From: Octopus sinensis
Lineage: Eukaryota
Direction of reading: 5' to 3'
DNA length: 22,373 nt
NCBI RefSeq assembly: GCF_006345805.1
Contig: NW_021836964.1
Coordinates: 1 to 22,373, forward strand
The notes beneath the pieces are model-generated. The model ran no database searches. It had not been told where the DNA came from and saw only the letters and a program-made list of their open reading frames with translations. Of the stretch, positions 21,070 through 22,373 are shown one piece after another. Both the position numbers and the translations under genes were made by a program. Position 1 is the first letter of the stretch; the number at the start of each line of letters is the position of its first letter.

Positions 21070-21373
21070 CTAACTCGGAACCTGCAATACGCGTGGATCT
21101 GAAGTCAATTGAATACAGTACAATGCGTGAATACAGTACAATGCGACTTTGAGGGCCCGTTGTATATTCAGTCGGCCATTTGTGAATGTACGGACAACCG
21201 GGGCATAGACCTGTGTTTACTTAAGTAAATACGTAATTGTCTTCAAAAATTGTTTGTGCACGATAGCGATTCCACTGACCCGATCTTGGGGTTTTACTCT
21301 TTAAGGACCTGATTCGATTGAATCCTGAAAAATGTACCGTATGCACATATATGTATATATATATATATATATA

Positions 21374-21520
21374 TACAAGATAAGAAAATGGAGAAATACA
21401 TCTAAATCAAATATCAATTACCAGATAATACTCAATTAACTTTGTTGGGTACTTCACTCGCAGTATATTGGATATATGTTATCCCATAAGGGTTGCATTT
21501 ACAACCCCTATCTCAATTTG

Positions 21521-21522
<2 letters not shown>
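21374..21522. mobile_element. (TA)n-embedded element, copy 2
   Basis: Same termini as 14552-14796, unrelated interior. Confidence 0.7.
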
Positions 21523-21579
<57 letters not shown>

Positions 21580-21582
<3 letters not shown>

Positions 21583-21705
21583 TTTATTCTTTTATTCTTT
21601 TATTCTTTTAATTGTTTCAGTCATTACGGCCATGCTAGACATCAGGGCTTACTCTTTCTAGGCCTAGTACTTATCCTATCGGTCACTTTTGCCGAACCGC
21701 TAATT
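21580..21705 (-). mobile_element. SINE family A 3' fragment with (TATTCTTT)n tail
   Basis: GTTTCAGTCATTACGGCCATGCT...TTGCCGAACCGCTAA. Confidence 0.8.
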
Positions 21706-21846
21706 ATTTATGTATAGTAATGCCCTTATGTATAGTAATGCATCTCTCCCCTCTCTTTGTTTGTGTACGGGCATACTTCATTTTTCGTTGGGAGGAAAAG
21801 CATTTAATAAATTATAATAGTTCTGTGTGTGTGTGTGTGTGTGTGT

Positions 21847-21888
<42 letters not shown>

Positions 21889-22373
21889 TATGTCTTTCTC
21901 TGCCTGCGTGCCTATATTTCTGCGCGCGCATGCATGTTCGTACTTGTGTCAATGTATGAGTGTATGTGTGCACGTGCATATGTTTGTTTCCAGCGCAAAA
22001 ACGCAATGTCGCCCAAACCGTTTCAATGTCCAGCTGACGGCGCCAAACAGCCTGCGCCGAAACAGCTGCGACAAATCGTCTCGTTCAGCTTTACTATTCA
22101 TCCTCTTCCTATGTGCTATCTTCACATCAATTTCCCCTCGTTATCTATCGTCAATTTATCCATTTTCTCTTGTTCCCCCCCCCCCGTATTTTTTGCATCT
22201 TATTGTTGTTTAATATAAAACGCTGTCTATCTCTTTTCTTTCTTACTCTCGTTTTCCCTCTTTGTTTTATACGTTATTATTGTTGTCTGTGCTTGCATCA
22301 ATCATTGTTAGCTCTCCTCTATACAAATCTCATTCTACTCGCATATAGTCTTCAATATTACGTAAGAACTTCG

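Noticed and set aside
21110-21145. 18-bp perfect tandem duplication TGAATACAGTACAATGCG
   Set aside because: Real, but an ordinary slippage or repair duplication.

Overview
Repeat-dominated eukaryotic DNA with no supportable host protein-coding exon. The SINE families and the extreme microsatellite load look like octopus/coleoid cephalopod (inferred from recalled repeat families, not from a search). Nearly all listed ORFs are microsatellite artefacts. Supportable content: three tRNA-derived SINE families; 3' remnants of a CR1-type and an RTE-type LINE; three mariner-derived MITEs; a non-autonomous Helitron; a decayed Penelope-like GIY-YIG endonuclease fragment split by a SINE; a 2.4 kb (CAC/CAT)n array facing an inverted (GGT/GAT)n tract; and two minisatellites. 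The most interesting signal is a set of foldback/palindromic inserts inside (TA)n or (TG)n tracts. One carries a complete minimal type I hammerhead ribozyme fold (10095-10139) whose core has the compensatory U3-A8 swap instead of C3-G8, which suggests non-autonomous Penelope-like, ribozyme-bearing, microsatellite-targeting elements. All alignments and folds were done by eye, so boundaries are approximate.
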